NCBI RefSeq assembly: GCF_006345805.1
Contig: NC_043002.1
Span: 72,664,001 to 72,728,000, forward strand
Reading direction: 5' to 3'
Source of the DNA: Octopus sinensis
Taxonomy: Eukaryota
DNA: 64,000 nt
This document shows, piece after piece, positions 62,090-64,000 of this stretch (its first letter is position 1; every line of letters begins with the position of its first letter). A program made the translations under genes and the position numbers. The notes below the pieces were generated by a model. The model was not told where the DNA came from. It was given only the letters and a program-made list of their open reading frames with translations, and ran no database searches.

Positions 62090-62600
62090 ATCATCACTAT
62101 CATTTAACATCTGATCTCCATGCTGGCATGGGTTGGACGGTTTGACATATTGAGCTGGCTCGCCGAGAGCTGTCCAGACCCCAAATGTCTATTGTGGCAT
62201 GGTTTCTACAACTGGTTGCTCTTCCTAACGTCAACCACTTATCAGAGTGTGCTGGGTGCTTTTTATGTGCCGCCAGCACAGGTGTGTTTACATAACACCA
62301 GCATGGGTGCTTTTTATGTGCCGCCAGCACAGGTGTGTTTACATAACACCAGCACGGGTGCTTTTTAACTGGCATCAGTTCCTGAAAGGACAAGCCTGTA
62401 CGAGTACTTAGCCTGACATTGCTTTATCAAGTACAGCAAATTACCATATCTCTTGGTCCCTTGTCATTTCCTCAGTGAGGCCCAGCATCTGAAGATCCTT
62501 TCTCATCACTTCGTCCCACGTCTTCCTGGGTCTACCCCTTCCACAGGTACCCTCCATAATTTGAGCTCAGCACTTCTTTATGCAGCTGTCCTCATCCAGC
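62090..62600 (-). mobile_element. RTE ORF end plus 3' UTR
   Basis: ggtacctgtggaaggggtagacccaggaagacgtgggacgaagtg (GTCGRGRPRKTWDEV) joined to tandem units and the tail. Confidence 0.88.
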
Positions 62601-63509
62601 TTACTAAATACATTTAGATTTTTCATAAACCACCATACAAAATTAATTGTAGTTTGATTAACATAATCTGCATTTCTTTTTTTCAAATCATGGAGAGGGG
62701 CTGTTCGTAAAATGCCATTCTGTATAAGGGAGCATTCAGCTACAATGGGTTAAGAACCACTGCTCTATCTAGTTGCTTGGCCTTCTAGAAATAGGAGCCA
62801 AATCACCCTCAGATCACACCCTATTACCTTAAAAAGAAAGAGGGAGACTTTGAACAATGTAGACAGATGTATAAAGAGATAGCTGTGTCTGGAATTCCTC
62901 TGATCAAAAGCCTGGTCAATCCTCTGGCTAAGGTCTGGTGTGGGAATTAAACAACAGCAGTTGCAGCCACACCCACTACCACCACCATCTACAACATGAA
63001 GAGTTGCCAACTTGAAAGATTTCAGTTAAGTGGAGCAATTTGAGCCAAAAAATAGTTTGATTGCACTAACTCAGAAATACAAGCTACCTTAATATCCCAT
63101 CTTCACTGTGTATCTTGAGATTTAGTATGTCTATATATAACAATACGCCTGAAACAATAAATAAAAATCTTTCCTAAGTGGTAAGTAATCCATTTCCCAT
63201 ATCAATGCAACTATTCACTTTCATATTCACATTTCCATGCAAGCATGGATTGGACAGGAATTTGGTGGTCAGAGTTTTACAGCCAAGTGCTCTTCTTGAT
63301 GCCCACTTTTTTATAGCCTCATACAATACACAGGTATATGGTGTAACTATTCTAAAATCCAGCATGTATCAAAATATACACAACTGATAACAGGTTACTT
63401 AATTTAGCAGTCGTTGTCAAAGTTATTTGCTTTGCAACCTCTTCCATACTTTTCCTCCAGGAATCACAGTAATAACTAAACTTTGTTTAAATGATATAAC
63501 ATACAACAT

Positions 63510-63865
63510 AGGTGTAGGAGTTGCTGTGCGGTAAGTAGTTTGCTTACAAACTACATGGTTCCAGGTTCAGTCCCACTGTATGGTGGCACCTTGGGCAAGT
63601 GTCTTCTCGGGCCAACCAAAGCCTTGTGAATAGATTTGGTAGACGGAAACTGAAAGAAGCCCGTCGTATGTATATGTGTGTGTGTATTTGTGTTTGTCCC
63701 CCCAATAACGATTGACAACCAATGCTGGTGTGTTTACATCCTCGTAACTTAGCAGTTCGGCAAAAGAGACCGACAGAATAAGTACTAGGCTTACAAAGAA
63801 TAAGTCAGTCCTGGGGTCAATTTGCTCGACTAAAGGCAGTGCTCCAGCACAGCTGCAGTCACATA
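63510..63865 (+). mobile_element. SINE family A
   Basis: Head and tail as in 60356-60750. Confidence 0.9.
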
Positions 63866-64000
63866 ACATAAAAAAAAAACATTTTGGTATTGCTGTGTCG
63901 CAAGGAGATAGTCAATTAGTTAGTTTAGTTAGTTCTCTTTGTGCCATGAAGTACAAGCAGCTGCAACACAATCTCTCCAACCAAATCTGTTTTTTTTGCC

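Overview
Eukaryotic, repeat-dominated window with no recognisable host protein-coding exon. The SINE, LINE-tail and MITE families match my recollection of octopus (cephalopod) repeats; this is an inference and no search was run. Contents: a frameshifted Neptune-type Penelope-like element (RT + GIY-YIG); CR1-like, RTE (three subtypes), R4/Dong-like and Tx1-like LINE fragments; a young internally deleted Ty3/Gypsy element (99% identical LTRs, tRNA-Trp PBS, 4-bp TSD); a solo LTR; mariner/Tc1, hAT, piggyBac and Helitron-like DNA-element remnants; many tRNA-derived SINEs; a tRNA-Phe pseudogene with a GCA anticodon; and very long (TA/TATG/TG/ATT)n microsatellites. The main unannotated signal is a set of eight type-I hammerhead ribozyme motifs read by eye: two with fully intact cores and stems, the rest variably decayed. 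They include a 590-nt tandem retrozyme-like unit and a palindromic head-to-head element that couples a tRNA-type Pol III promoter to a hammerhead on each arm, flanked by a 12-bp TSD. A second oddity is a 360-bp element with a 4-bp TSD whose inverted ends each look like a 48-bp mini-LTR followed by a tRNA-Trp primer-binding site. All folds and alignments were done manually; repeat boundaries are approximate (tens of bp) unless TSDs are quoted.
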